A stretch of 64,000 nt of DNA from Azolla caroliniana (lineage: Eukaryota > Plantae > Polypodiophyta), in NCBI GenBank assembly GCA_043228905.1, contig JBHGNT010000001.1, forward strand, positions 12,834,001 to 12,898,000, in the 5' to 3' direction. This document shows, piece by piece, positions 12,865 to 24,088 of this stretch (position 1 is the first letter of the stretch; every line of letters begins with the position of its first letter). The notes under the pieces were generated by a model. The model ran no database searches, had not been told where the DNA came from, and worked only from the letters and a program-made list of their open reading frames with translations. A program made the position numbers and the translations under genes.

Positions 12865-13077
12865 GGTTTCGATCTGTCTCTGTCTCTATCTCTGTCTCTC
12901 CCCTCTTTCTTGCCCCACATCAAAATATGTATACTCCCCTCCCTTTCATTCTCTTCATCCCCCCCCCCCCCCCCCATTTTTTGCTAAAACACGAATGTAA
13001 TCCCCCTCCCCCTTTTCTTCCCCCCTTTTTATGAAACAATTAGCATGACTTTGTCACGCGTTTTAAAAATAATGTTG

Positions 13078-13079
<2 letters not shown>

Positions 13080-13121
<42 letters not shown>

Positions 13122-13374
13122 ATGTGCCTTACGTACGTATGTATATTTGGTGTGTGTGCATATGTATGTATTATATTGCATGTGTTGTATGTATGTATCT
13201 ACTATATGGGTAATTGTGTATGTTCTATGCATGTGCTTATGTATGTATTGTGTATATGGCATGTGTGTATGTATGTATTGTATGTACAACATGTGAGTGT
13301 GTGTGTGCGTGTGCACGCGTGTTCTATAGATGTGCTTATATATGTATTGTATGTATATCATGTGTCTATGTATG
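13080..13374. repeat. (GT)n/(TATG)n low-complexity tract
   Basis: Direct reading; continues after the nested gypsy element at 17317. Confidence 0.9.
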
Positions 13375-16300
13375 TGTGAAAGTGTTTTTAGAATCTAAGC
13401 CATTGAACATTAGGAGAATATAAAGTATAGATAATTCACCTTTTGAGGATAAGAACACGAACTAAGACCTTAGGGAAGAAGTCAAAAGTAAAAGTACGAG
13501 ACCAAGAGAAAAGTAAAAAGAGAAAACGCAGACTATAAAAAACAGTAAAAATAGAATGGTCATAACTCCCTCGTTGTTTATCCAAATATCACGTTTAAAT
13601 ATGGATTAGAAAGCTTGTAAAAAGAGCTTTCTATAGCTTTTTAAATCGCTTAATTTGGATATCGGATGAGGGAGATATGACGATTAGAAGGTTGATGTGT
13701 CATAGCTAAAAATAGGGAGATAAAAAGCTTCTAAAAATAGCATGAACGTGGATAAGAAGAGGAAGGTTATAAAAGAAGAAGTAATATTAGTGAGAAGGAA
13801 AAAGAGTGAAGGCCAAAGAGTGGATGAGGAGTGTTAGGAAGAAGTGTCTTTGTGGAAGAGGAAGTGTCTTAGAAGAGGAAGGTCTTTGGTTTTAGTTCAA
13901 TGTGGAGTTTGTCTCCTTTGTATTCTCTTGATGTTGGAATATCAGAATATTCTTATTTCTTGCTCGCTTTCTCTATCTTTTTTCTTAGTTTCTTGAGTTA
14001 TACTCTCTAATCATAATTACCTAGAACTATATAATATATTATGATTTTCAACTCCATCTAATCGGTTTGATCAAGCCCTCATATAGTGTATAACTATCTA
14101 TTATCTTATACATTCTATCATTTTTGGCGCTCCAGGGAGGGTCGATCCTTTCCGTATAGGAAGAGAAGTTATCATTTAATTGTGTTACTATATTACATTA
14201 ACTTAGCTATGCAATTTGCATTTTCGGGTGAAAGAACACAAGATGCTGGTGCCTTTTTGGCATGCTTTGAGCATCATGCCATATCTATTGGACGCATCAC
14301 CGACAACGAAAAGTTGCCCTTGTTGGTAGCTACATTCTATGGTCGTGCTCGAGATTGGTATGACTCTCTTCCGCAAAATGAACAAGGAGAATATCAATTA
14401 TTGGTGCATCAATTTCGTACAAGATATATTCAATGGAAAAGTGCAACTGAGGTAAGGGAGGAGCTTTTTCAACTAAAGATGGAATCACCTTTTGGTTTTT
14501 TAGAGTATGAACGAAATTTCCAAGAATTGTGGACGACGTGGATTCGTCTTCGTGGTGGCACCGAAGACGAGTGGTTTAAGATAGAACAATTTAAGGTGGG
14601 CCTTGATATGCATTTCCGTTTGGAGGCAAGCTTGAAGGATCCAACGACTTTTCAAGCTCTTCTCCAAGTTTGTCAAGATTATGATCGACAAGTGAAGATG
14701 ATGAGTTCCATGGGGGATCCCCAAATGACGGCTTTGGGTGCAAATTTGATGCCTCGTGCCAACTTTCAAGCCTCATCTTCAATTGTGCATGGGGGACAAG
14801 TGTTTCCAAATGTGTATACCACCACAACAATAAACCCAACAAGTATATCCCAAGAAGTTGAACAAGTGAGGAGTGAACAAGATACCATGGCATTGGTAAA
14901 TCGGCGCTTTGATGAAGTGATGGCCCACTTGCAACAATCCCAAGCAATTTCCAACACTATTCCCGATGGTGGTGGCTCTAGAGGGCATCAAGGTGTAATT
15001 TGTTATTCTTGTCAAGAGGAGGGACACTCAACAAGATGTCCTCATCGACAACAAAGAGGTATGGAAAGAGACATGTATGAAGTGCAACGGAATGGACAAC
15101 GACCTATCAACAATGGAGTCGAAGGAGGCGAATCCATAACACTTCCAATGACTCAGGTTCCTACAATTCCTCATAATGTGAATCTTCTTAATTTTATTGA
15201 TGATAGTGATAGTGCTTGTGAAGTAGCTCTTGTGAAAAGGACAAGAGCCTCGCAAAAGGAGAAAGAAGTTGAAGGAGAATCTAGTGACTCAAGACAAAAG
15301 AAGAAGTCTAAGGAGAATGAGAAAGAGGACAAATTGAGAAGGAGACACTCTAGAAGGAAGATAAAGATGAAGGATATTCCTATGGGAGAAGGTGTAGAAT
15401 CTTTCAATCGGAAGCATGAATTGATTTCAAGTGGACCAAGGATAACATGGCCGCAACTTCTCCAATTATCTCCCACATTACGAAAGGAGTGGGGGCGACT
15501 TGCAAGTATTCGCCAAAGTCGGAAGACTGTGCATTATGTGGGAATCGTGCGAGTAGAAGATCGAAAGGACATACGACCCACCATCCCCGTCTCCATCAAA
15601 GGGTTTCACATCAAAGATGCGTTGGTTGATAGTGGTGCTAGAGTAAGCTTGATTTCTGAATTTGTGGTAAACAAAGTGGGAATTCCTATTAGTAGGTCAT
15701 CTTCAACAAGGGTGGTTGTAGTAGATAGTGGAGTGGTGCATTGCACAAGCATAGTGGAGGATGTGTTCATCAAGTGTTTTGGAATAAGAGGAGAAGCTTG
15801 CAACAAATACCACATCAACTTGAAGGAAAGTGTATCAATTTCCCCAAAGCTTCGGCAATTGAGTGTTGAACAAAAGGAAGAATTTATGCAAGAGTTCAAC
15901 GCATGGTTACAAGAAAGTTCCAATTATAAGATGGAAGATTTGAGGTGTGTGTCACCTATAGTTTTGGTTCCAAAGAAGAATGAGATCAATTTCAAACCCT
16001 TGAATGATTCGACCAAACGAGATGAATTTTCACTTCCTTCTCGAGATGAGATTGTCGATAAAATGGTTGTTTATACAAAACAAGGTAGTGTGGACAATAT
16101 GTTGTGCCAAAAAGGATTTCATGTGGATGATTCAAAGATTAACATAATTACAAAGATGACAATTCCGACAAGTCTTGAAGCTTTGAAAGTATTTGTGCAA
16201 AAGGTGCGCTCGCTCGAAAGATTCATTTATATGTTGACATGCTTACTGCTATCAAGAGTGATGTATCCCATGGCCCTACTAGTCTTTGGAGAGTTAACGA

Positions 16301-17316
16301 AGACATAATGATTGTGGTAACCTCTTTCTTTGTGTTGACAAGGAGAAAGATGATGATGGAATTGTCAATGTGTGTGTGGGTGTGTCTAGGAGTGTGAGGT
16401 TTTTCCTACCGATTAGCGGGGGTTTTACTCACATCTTTTTATTTTCTTTTTATTATATCTCTCTCATTGTCTATAGCCAAGAGATTGGCGAGAGAGCTTT
16501 TGTTTGTTAAGTACTGCCAATAAGTGCTTCGCCATAAATGGCTTAGCCTCTAACAAGGGGGAGGGCTAAATGTGAAAGTGTTTTTAGAATCTAAGCCATT
16601 GAACATTAGGAGAATATAAAGTATAGATAATTCACCTTTTGAGGATAAGAACACGAACTAAGACCTTAGGGAAGAAGTCAAAAGTAAAAGTACGAGACCA
16701 AGAGAAAAGTAAAAAGAGAAAACGCAGACTATAAAAAACAGTAAAAATAGAATGGTCATAACTCCCTCGTTGTTTATCCAAATATCACGTTTAAATATGG
16801 ATTAGAAAGCTTGTAAAAAGAGCTTTCTATAGCTTTTTAAATCGCTTAATTTGGATATCGGATGAGGGAGATATGACGATTAGAAGGTTGATGTGTCATA
16901 GCTAAAAATAGGGAGATAAAAAGCTTCTAAAAATAGCATGAACGTGGATAAGAAGAGGAAGGTTATAAAAGAAGAAGTAATATTAGTGAGAAGGAAAAAG
17001 AGTGAAGGCCAAAGAGTGGATGAGGAGTGTTAGGAAGAAGTGTCTTTGTGGAAGAGGAAGTGTCTTAGAAGAGGAAGGTCTTTGGTTTTAGTTCAATGTG
17101 GAGTTTGTCTCCTTTGTATTCTCTTGATGTTGGAATATCAGAATATTCTTATTTCTTGCTCGCTTTCTCTATCTTTTTTCTTAGTTTCTTGAGTTATACT
17201 CTCTAATCATAATTACCTAGAACTATATAATATATTATGATTTTCAACTCCATCTAATCGGTTTGATCAAGCCCTCATATAGTGTATAACTATCTATTAT
17301 CTTATACATTCTATCA
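13375..17316 (+). mobile_element. Non-autonomous Ty3/gypsy-derived LTR element (gag-protease only, TR-GAG-like)
   Basis: 746-bp LTRs 13375-14120 and 16571-17316 appear identical. TSD GTATG at 13370-13374 and 17317-17321. PBS TGGCGCTCCAGGGAGGG at about 14125. PPT AAGGGGGAGGG before 16571. Confidence 0.95.
14209..16308 (+). CDS. Gag, aspartic protease and residual RT fragments in one open frame (no YxDD, RNase H or integrase)
   Basis: FSGERTQDAGAFL, GRARDWY, CYSCQEEGHSTRC, LVDSGA, SPIVLVPKK, FKPLNDSTKRDEFSLP. The first ATG after the PBS is taken as the start. Confidence 0.8.
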   Translation: MQFAFSGERTQDAGAFLACFEHHAISIGRITDNEKLPLLVATFYGRARDWYDSLPQNEQGEYQLLVHQFRTRYIQWKSATEVREELFQLKMESPFGFLEYERNFQELWTTWIRLRGGTEDEWFKIEQFKVGLDMHFRLEASLKDPTTFQALLQVCQDYDRQVKMMSSMGDPQMTALGANLMPRANFQASSSIVHGGQVFPNVYTTTTINPTSISQEVEQVRSEQDTMALVNRRFDEVMAHLQQSQAISNTIPDGGGSRGHQGVICYSCQEEGHSTRCPHRQQRGMERDMYEVQRNGQRPINNGVEGGESITLPMTQVPTIPHNVNLLNFIDDSDSACEVALVKRTRASQKEKEVEGESSDSRQKKKSKENEKEDKLRRRHSRRKIKMKDIPMGEGVESFNRKHELISSGPRITWPQLLQLSPTLRKEWGRLASIRQSRKTVHYVGIVRVEDRKDIRPTIPVSIKGFHIKDALVDSGARVSLISEFVVNKVGIPISRSSSTRVVVVDSGVVHCTSIVEDVFIKCFGIRGEACNKYHINLKESVSISPKLRQLSVEQKEEFMQEFNAWLQESSNYKMEDLRCVSPIVLVPKKNEINFKPLNDSTKRDEFSLPSRDEIVDKMVVYTKQGSVDNMLCQKGFHVDDSKINIITKMTIPTSLEALKVFVQKVRSLERFIYMLTCLLLSRVMYPMALLVFGELTKT

Positions 17317-18122
17317 GTATGTATGTGTTAATGTTTGTGTGTGTGTGTGTGTGTGTATTTTCTATATATGCATATGTATGTATGTATTGTATGTATCATA
17401 TGTGTAGCATGTGTCTATGTACGTATGTATGTGTTATGTGTGTGTGTGTGTTCTATATTTCTACATATGTATGTATGTATTATGTATTGTATATATAGCA
17501 TGTGTCTATGTATGTATGTGTTATGTGTGTGTATTTTCTATTGATGTACATATGTATACATATTGTATTGCAGGTGTATATATGTATGTGTGTGTATGTA
17601 CATATTGTATTGTATTGCATGTGTGTGTATGTACATATTGTATTGTATTGCATGTGTGTGTGTGTGTTTATGTTCTTTACATGTGCATATGTATGTATTC
17701 TATGTATGGCATGTGTGTATGTGTTATATGTGTGTATTCATGCATACAATACAATATATACACACACACACACATACAACATGCACCACATACATATATA
17801 CACATGCACGTATGTATGTGTGTAGGTATGTACATTTGTATTGTATGTATGCATGCATGTATGTACATGTATGGATGTAAGTTGGTAACATTTATAAATG
17901 TATCATTGTAGGCATGTGTACGTATGTACACAATGTATGAATGATATATGTATGTTCATGTACGAATGCATGTATGTGTATATATGTAATATGTATTGTA
18001 TTTATGTATCTTTTCAAGGTATTTTCGTGTTTAGTATGTGTATGGCTCATATATGGATGTATGTTTGCAATATGCACATAATATATATGCATATATCCAA
18101 CGTATGTGTAAGTATACATATA

Positions 18123-18160
<38 letters not shown>

Positions 18161-18776
18161 CTTATAAGTATTGTAATTTGTATGACCCTGTATTACCTAT
18201 GTATATATATGGTGATATGTGGAATATGTATGTATGTATGTATCTGTATACATATATGCATATGTCCATGTACATGATTCGATGTGTTTGGATGTGTGTT
18301 TATAATATGTGCATAATATGTATGTATGTGTATGTGTATGTATATATGTACTATTACATTGTGTATGACCATGTGTGTATTTGTGTTTTGTGTATGTGGT
18401 GATATGTAATAATGTATGTACATATGTAATGTATGTATGTGTGTAATATGTACGTAAGATGCACTCATATATATGATGTGTGTGAATGTATGTAAATATT
18501 TAAGTATTGAAGTTTGTATGGTCCCATATAACCTATATATATATATATGGTGATATGTGGAATAAATGTACATATGCAATATATATAGGAATGTGCTATT
18601 TGCCCCCCCTAAAATAAAAAAAACCTTTGGCTATTTTGGCCCCCCTATTTTGGCTAAACCACCACCACACATTTTGGCTATTTGCCCCCCCCCCACCCCC
18701 CCCCCCCCAAGTTGTTTTTTTTTAGGGGGGGCAAATAGCCAAAATGGAGGGGCAAATAGCGCATTCCTATATATAA

Positions 18777-18833
<57 letters not shown>

Positions 18834-19335
18834 ATAATGTATCTATATATGTAATGTATCTATGTGTATGTAAATTTGTATATTGTGTAATATGAATGGA
18901 TTATATGATATGTAGCATGTAATTTATTTATGTGTTTGTGTGTGTGTATATATATATATATAACTTGTTTGTATGTATGTAGATTTGTAATACATATAAT
19001 ATGTCACTATACGTATTTATGTGTATGTGTATGTGTGTGTATATATAATATGTAATTTTTTTATGTATGTATATTTTTTGTGTTTGGTATGTATATATGT
19101 ATTTGTATATAATTGTGTGCATAATAATATATGTGTGTAATATGTAACATACAAAATATGTATGTAGCATGTATGCATTTACATATATGTATTTGTGTAT
19201 GTATTTACATATGGTAATATATATTTGTACATATATTCATGTTTAGTCAGTATGCATTATAAATGTGTGTAATGCATGTATATACATATTCATGGATGTA
19301 ATGTTTGAATGTAGGTATATGTGCATGTATGCATG

Positions 19336-19367
<32 letters not shown>

Positions 19368-19380
19368 TGTATGTATGTTA
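17317..19380. repeat. Long (TATG/TG/TA)n low-complexity arm
   Basis: Direct reading; source of many spurious Cys/Val/Tyr/Met-rich ORFs. Confidence 0.9.
18588..18767. mobile_element. 180-bp MITE inserted in a TA tract
   Basis: TIRs GGAATGTGCTATTTGCCCC / GGGGCAAATAGCGCATTCC. Internal TTTTGGCTA and TAGCCAAAA repeats. Flanked by TATATATA on both sides. Confidence 0.85.
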
Positions 19381-19575
19381 CTCCAAAATTGACTATTGTT
19401 TGCATAATATATTCTTTACTATCTAATTGAAATATCTAATATTTCATGGGCTTATGTAATTTTTTTCTATAGCGTAATTGATAACACCCTTATGTAAATA
19501 TATTTTTTATGTATTTATTAATACCCTTATGTCTATATATTATGTATCTCAATGGTTAATTTAAACCCCTTTTAA

Positions 19576-19621
19576 TGAACTCACGTGCTATCATACAAGT
19601 TTTGACAGTGAAGCCCTCGGG
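19576..19621. mobile_element. Second terminus of the CCCG-ended DNA element
   Basis: TGAACtCACGTG...AGTGaAGCCCtCGGG followed by ATGTCAAC (19622-19629), the reverse complement of GTTGACAT. Confidence 0.75.
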
Positions 19622-19629
19622 ATGTCAAC

Positions 19630-21350
19630 CCTCAAACACAATGGTGTGGTCTGACGGTTCACTAGAAATTGTCTGAATCACGATATCTGCAAGACTCCGC
19701 ACGGTGCCAGTCACCTCGTTGTTTAGTGGATCGCAAAAGACTACTGCATTGGTTAGCTTAGAAACTATGTGCCACATCTTTGTCCACAACACCCAATGGC
19801 CCTCGACCACGATCGGAATGAAGATGAAATCATGCTCGGCCACCTTCCTGATGATGTCTCGCCCCTCCGTTGTTAGCTTGTGTAGTTGCACCCATAGTGG
19901 GACGACTATGGTAAACTGTTCTGACACCTCATGTGGCAGCGACTACTCCATCCACATGGTGAATAATGTCATCATCCATGTGGATGCCCTTTCTCCATCC
20001 TTGCACATTGTCTCAATTTGCGACTCTGTAACATCAACGGCGATATCGAGTCGTGCGTTGGTCAGCTGATACCTGTATACATAAGCATGCATGCATCATG
20101 AATCGAGCCACAATTTATGATGGATAGAGAATACAAATTGTAATCCACAAATCATCAACCTAACAAAATGTTTGTCTAGTGTTTGGATCCATGTTCTGAC
20201 GGCCTTGGCATATGCTCAATTTTTATCGTGGCCACATTCGGTTTAGTGTCATCTAAATCTGATGTTAATGGGACAACATCTGTGTTTGAGTCCACCTCTT
20301 CCATCTAACTTGCATTTTCGACCATCTCCGTCTCAATGGCGTCGTCACATCGGATGGGTTTTGAGCCTCTGTTGTATCAGTGGAAACACCACACTCTTCG
20401 GTGGATATCCCCGCCTTTTTACACTGTTTCCCCATGAATAGACACATGTTATTATTTAAATTCTGACAATAAACTCTCCAACACTAAAAAAGACTGAAAG
20501 GCTCGCTCATACTTACATAAGAATCCAATCTTGAGGCAATCTTCTTCTTCAACATCTCCAACTGTTCATCCTTTTTGGAGTCATAGATGGACATCTCATG
20601 CTCCATAAATCTCGCCACGAACTCTGCCTCTATGTTGATTTGGAGTTTAACTGGAGTGGAGTTGAACCTCAAAACAACCCTAACCATCAACTTCCGGATG
20701 TATGATTGCCGATTTCTGTGGTACTTGATTTCGGGGTCCATGAAACGCTTCAGCGATCTTTGGCGCTCATAGCTATTGAAGCATGCCCCTGGAGTACCCT
20801 CCTCCTCCTCTATCTGCATCCCTCGTGGCAACATTATACATGTTTCCATGTTGCATTTTTTGCGATACCACTTTGGTAAGAGGCAGCAATACTCAGTCAC
20901 AATACATGCACGAGCCTTGTTCCCCTTTGCATCTCTTCCAACCTTATACAACGAGTTTGGGATCTCACCATCTATTGTTTATGTGTTAGATATGCTAGAC
21001 CATTTGTTACATAAAGTTTTAGATAATACAGTGAGACCATATCCACATACCATTTGGAGGAGCATCTTTGTCAACTAATGCTAGGCCCTGTATGGGGTCA
21101 ATCCGAGGACCATGAACCCCTAGTGCCTGATCCATGCTCTTCCCACCCTTAGACATGTCGGTTGCACAACATCTAAAATGTCTTCTACTGAAAACCCTTT
21201 AACAAATCATCAACCAACATACATGTATCACACATCATTACCACTAGCATTGCAAAATTGGTTCGTCACATACCTCTCTTCGATTGAATATATGCCACCA
21301 TTATTGGAATCCCACTACTCTTTGTACTTGGACCTAGTAGCCATCTACAT
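19630..21350 (-). pseudogene. N-terminal, multi-exon part of a Ulp1/C48 protease-domain gene (transposon-associated type)
   Basis: ORF 19625-19927 contains IFIPIVVEGHWVL (catalytic His) and VVFCDPL (Asp). Upstream exon-like ORF 20484-20951 ends at a GTAAGT donor. The 5' limit is approximate. Confidence 0.7.
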
Positions 21351-21998
21351 GATCAAGCATAAGCAAAACCCTAAATATTTTATGAAATCAGGAATCAAGC
21401 AAAATCCTAAACATAATCCTGAACCCTAAAATCTCAACATGAAAATGATATGTTTTACACCAAAAAATTTAAACCCTAATGCAAGGAAAAGAAAACATAT
21501 AGAAATGACGCAAAATCGTAAATCAAGCATTTAATAAGAAATCAAACATTTTCTGAATTTAATACTCAAGGACACCCAATATCATCTTTAACCAAGCAAA
21601 GCATTAAACCCTAAACCCTTAATAATCAATCATCAATAATGTCTAACAATGATCAATAAACTAAATAGTTTCTAAACAGTTCCTAAAAAATAACCCATCC
21701 TTGGATCAAGACAAACTTTAAATATTTCTAAAATCATAATATCAAGCTAAACCCTAAATCTTCTCCCGAACCCTAATCCCTCGACATGAAAAATCCTTGC
21801 ACAAAAAAAAAGAAGTAGATAAAGTAGAGACAAACAAAAATACACATCTAGGAAATATATGGGTCGCTATGGCAGATGTGATTAATTGATTTTGTCAATG
21901 GCTGACTGCTTGAATCACTTTCCCGGCAAAAAACCCTGTCAATCTCATTTGAAAAGAATGAGAGAGAATGACAAGTTTCAAGGTTTTATTATAGTCAG

Positions 21999-22190
21999 CG
22001 GTTGGGCAACCTGTTTCATCAGTTGGGTGACCAAAACACCGAATGGATTTGGGTAACCACAACACTGAATGGGTTGGGCGACCATGTTTTACTATGTAGG
22101 TTGGGCAACCACAATAGGTAGGTTGGGCAACCTCTGACAGGGTTGGGCGGGTGACTGAGGACTTAGAGTTGGGTGACCTCTGCCAACTTT
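21999..22190 (-). repeat. Second cluster of GGTYRCCCAAC motif repeats, upstream of the Ulp1 gene
   Basis: GGTTGGGCAACC and GTTGGGTGACC copies on the + strand. Confidence 0.85.
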
Positions 22191-22437
22191 TTTGGTTGTG
22201 CATTTTTTTATTATCCAAATCAGACAATGCAGATCGCAATGGGTTCTTACTGCTTAATAAACAGTAATGATAATACACATCAACGGAATCAATTAAGTAA
22301 CCACCGCCGCTGTAACTAAGGTCTTACCACTCTTGGTCTCCTTTTCCATTCGCCATGCTTTGAGCAACCCACACCATCTATGGCCGCAATTCCTGCACCA
22401 GCCCTATTTATGATTTGGTGTATAATAGACACAGCGA

Positions 22438-22796
22438 TGTATGTATGGATGTATGTATGTATTGATGGGAAAACAATCGTCAATCCACAAGAAAGGAATA
22501 CGCTGAAATATACAACTCTTCATCAGTAGGAGTTGTACGGGGTGGTATAAGGGTAAAACATGTTAAAGGGGTTGTTCAGTATGTGTAATGTATATGAGTG
22601 TGAGGATGAGTATGTGTGAGCACATGCACAATTATGTGCATGTGACAAGAATGTAACGGACATATTATTTGTCGTTACATTATGTATTATATAAACCCCT
22701 TATGGGGCATGTAATGAATATAGTTTTTCCCCCTCTCATTTCGTGTCATTTCCTATTTGTCTTTCTCTCTTGCTCTCTCTCTAACATAACCCCCTT
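22438..22796 (-). mobile_element. LTR remnant with adjacent polypurine tract
   Basis: Minus strand reads AAGGGGGTTA then TGTTAGAGAG from 22786, with a TATA-like motif. The left boundary is approximate. Confidence 0.5.
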
Positions 22797-22809
22797 GGGA
22801 GGGGGGTGA

Positions 22810-23275
22810 CTCTCTATTGTCGACTCTTTGACTCTCGGTTCTTGACCCGAACAGTCAGCTCCTCCTTGTCGTCGACTATCGGCAAACTCCCCCGTCACTC
22901 TTGTGGGAGGGAATCGGTCAGTCCTGTCTTTTGTCGATGGACTTAGAGTCTGTCCATTTGCTGGTTCTTTGCAAGCATGTCAAATCCATTTTTGTCGGTA
23001 TGGATCTTCATGCGAGTAAACTCTCCTTGTTTGACTTTTTCCTGCAACTAGTGATACCTCCTCTATATATGCTTAGTACGGGAGTGGTATGCAACATTCT
23101 TGGCTAGATGTATGGCACTTTGGTTGTTACAATGAACCAGGAACTCCCTTTGCTTCATCCCTAGCTCGCTTAGAAAGTTTCTCATCCAAATCACCTCTTT
23201 GCCAGCCTCTACCGTTGCCATGTACTCTGCCTCTATGGTCGACAAGGCCACAACTTTCTGCAATCGTGACTACAC
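22810..23275 (-). mobile_element. Duplicated copia 3' end (RNase H tail, PPT, partial LTR)
   Basis: ORF VALSTIEAEY..HSRTKHI. The sequence is a diverged copy of 23330-24125 without the MITE. Confidence 0.8.
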
Positions 23276-23668
23276 ATCGATATTATTAGTATTATTATAA
23301 TTATAATAATAATCGACAATTAATCAACCGACTCTCTATTGTCGACTCTTTGACTCTCGGTTCTCGACCCGAACAGTCGGCTCCTCCTTGTCATCGACTG
23401 TCGGCTCTTCTCGACCCGAACAGTTAGCTCCTCCCACCAGAGGGACATATTTCCAACAAACTCCCCCTTCACTCATGTGGGAGGGAATCAGTCAATCTTG
23501 TCTTCTGTCGACAAAGTCTAAGTCTGTCCATGGGCAGGTTCTTTGTTAGCATGTCGGATCCATTTTCTTCGGTATGGATCTTCATGAGAGTAAACTCTCC
23601 TTCTTCGACTTTTCCTTGCAATTAGTGATACCTCCTCTGTATATGCTTAGTCCGGGAGTGGTATGCAG

Positions 23669-24088
23669 TAGGGATCGGCAATGGCTCGGCTCAAGCCTAA
23701 AACATTTGGCTAAAGTGGCTTAGCGGCTCAGCTTAGGCTTGAGCCTACCTTAACGGTTTGAGCTCAGCTCGGCTCGACTCGAGCCTCCCAAACCAGTTCA
23801 AACCGGTTAAGCCGTTTAAGTGATTTAATTATAATAAAATTATGAAGTTCAATATAAAATGTAATAATATTATGGTATGAAGTTGAATATTCATTGTAAT
23901 AGTATTGTTGTTTTCTCCCAAACCGGTTCACAAACCGGTTTCCAAGCCGTTTCCCAAGCCGATTCACAAACTGGTTTAGGGATTGGTTTGGTTCACATTT
24001 GAAAACCCCTAAACGGTTTAGGCTTAACTTGTTTGGCTTGGATAAGGCCAAACTGGCTGAGCCTAAACCGAACCCTTGCCGATCCCTA
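23669..24088. mobile_element. hAT-type MITE (420 bp)
   Basis: TIRs TAGGGATCGGCAA / TTGCCGATCCCTA. 8-bp TSD GTATGCAG / GTATGCAA. AAACCG-like subterminal repeats. The empty site is visible in the duplicate at about 23087. Confidence 0.92.

Noticed and set aside
21360-21790. AAACCCTAA copies as interstitial telomere
   Set aside because: Scattered single telo-box-like motifs, not a tandem array.
9961-22190. The two motif arrays as TIRs of a single 12-kb element
   Set aside because: No terminal match or TSD was found, and their opposite orientation is explained by the inversion. Not fully excluded.
22320-22410. Possible small exon on the minus strand (AG...GTAAG)
   Set aside because: No recognisable protein motif in any frame.
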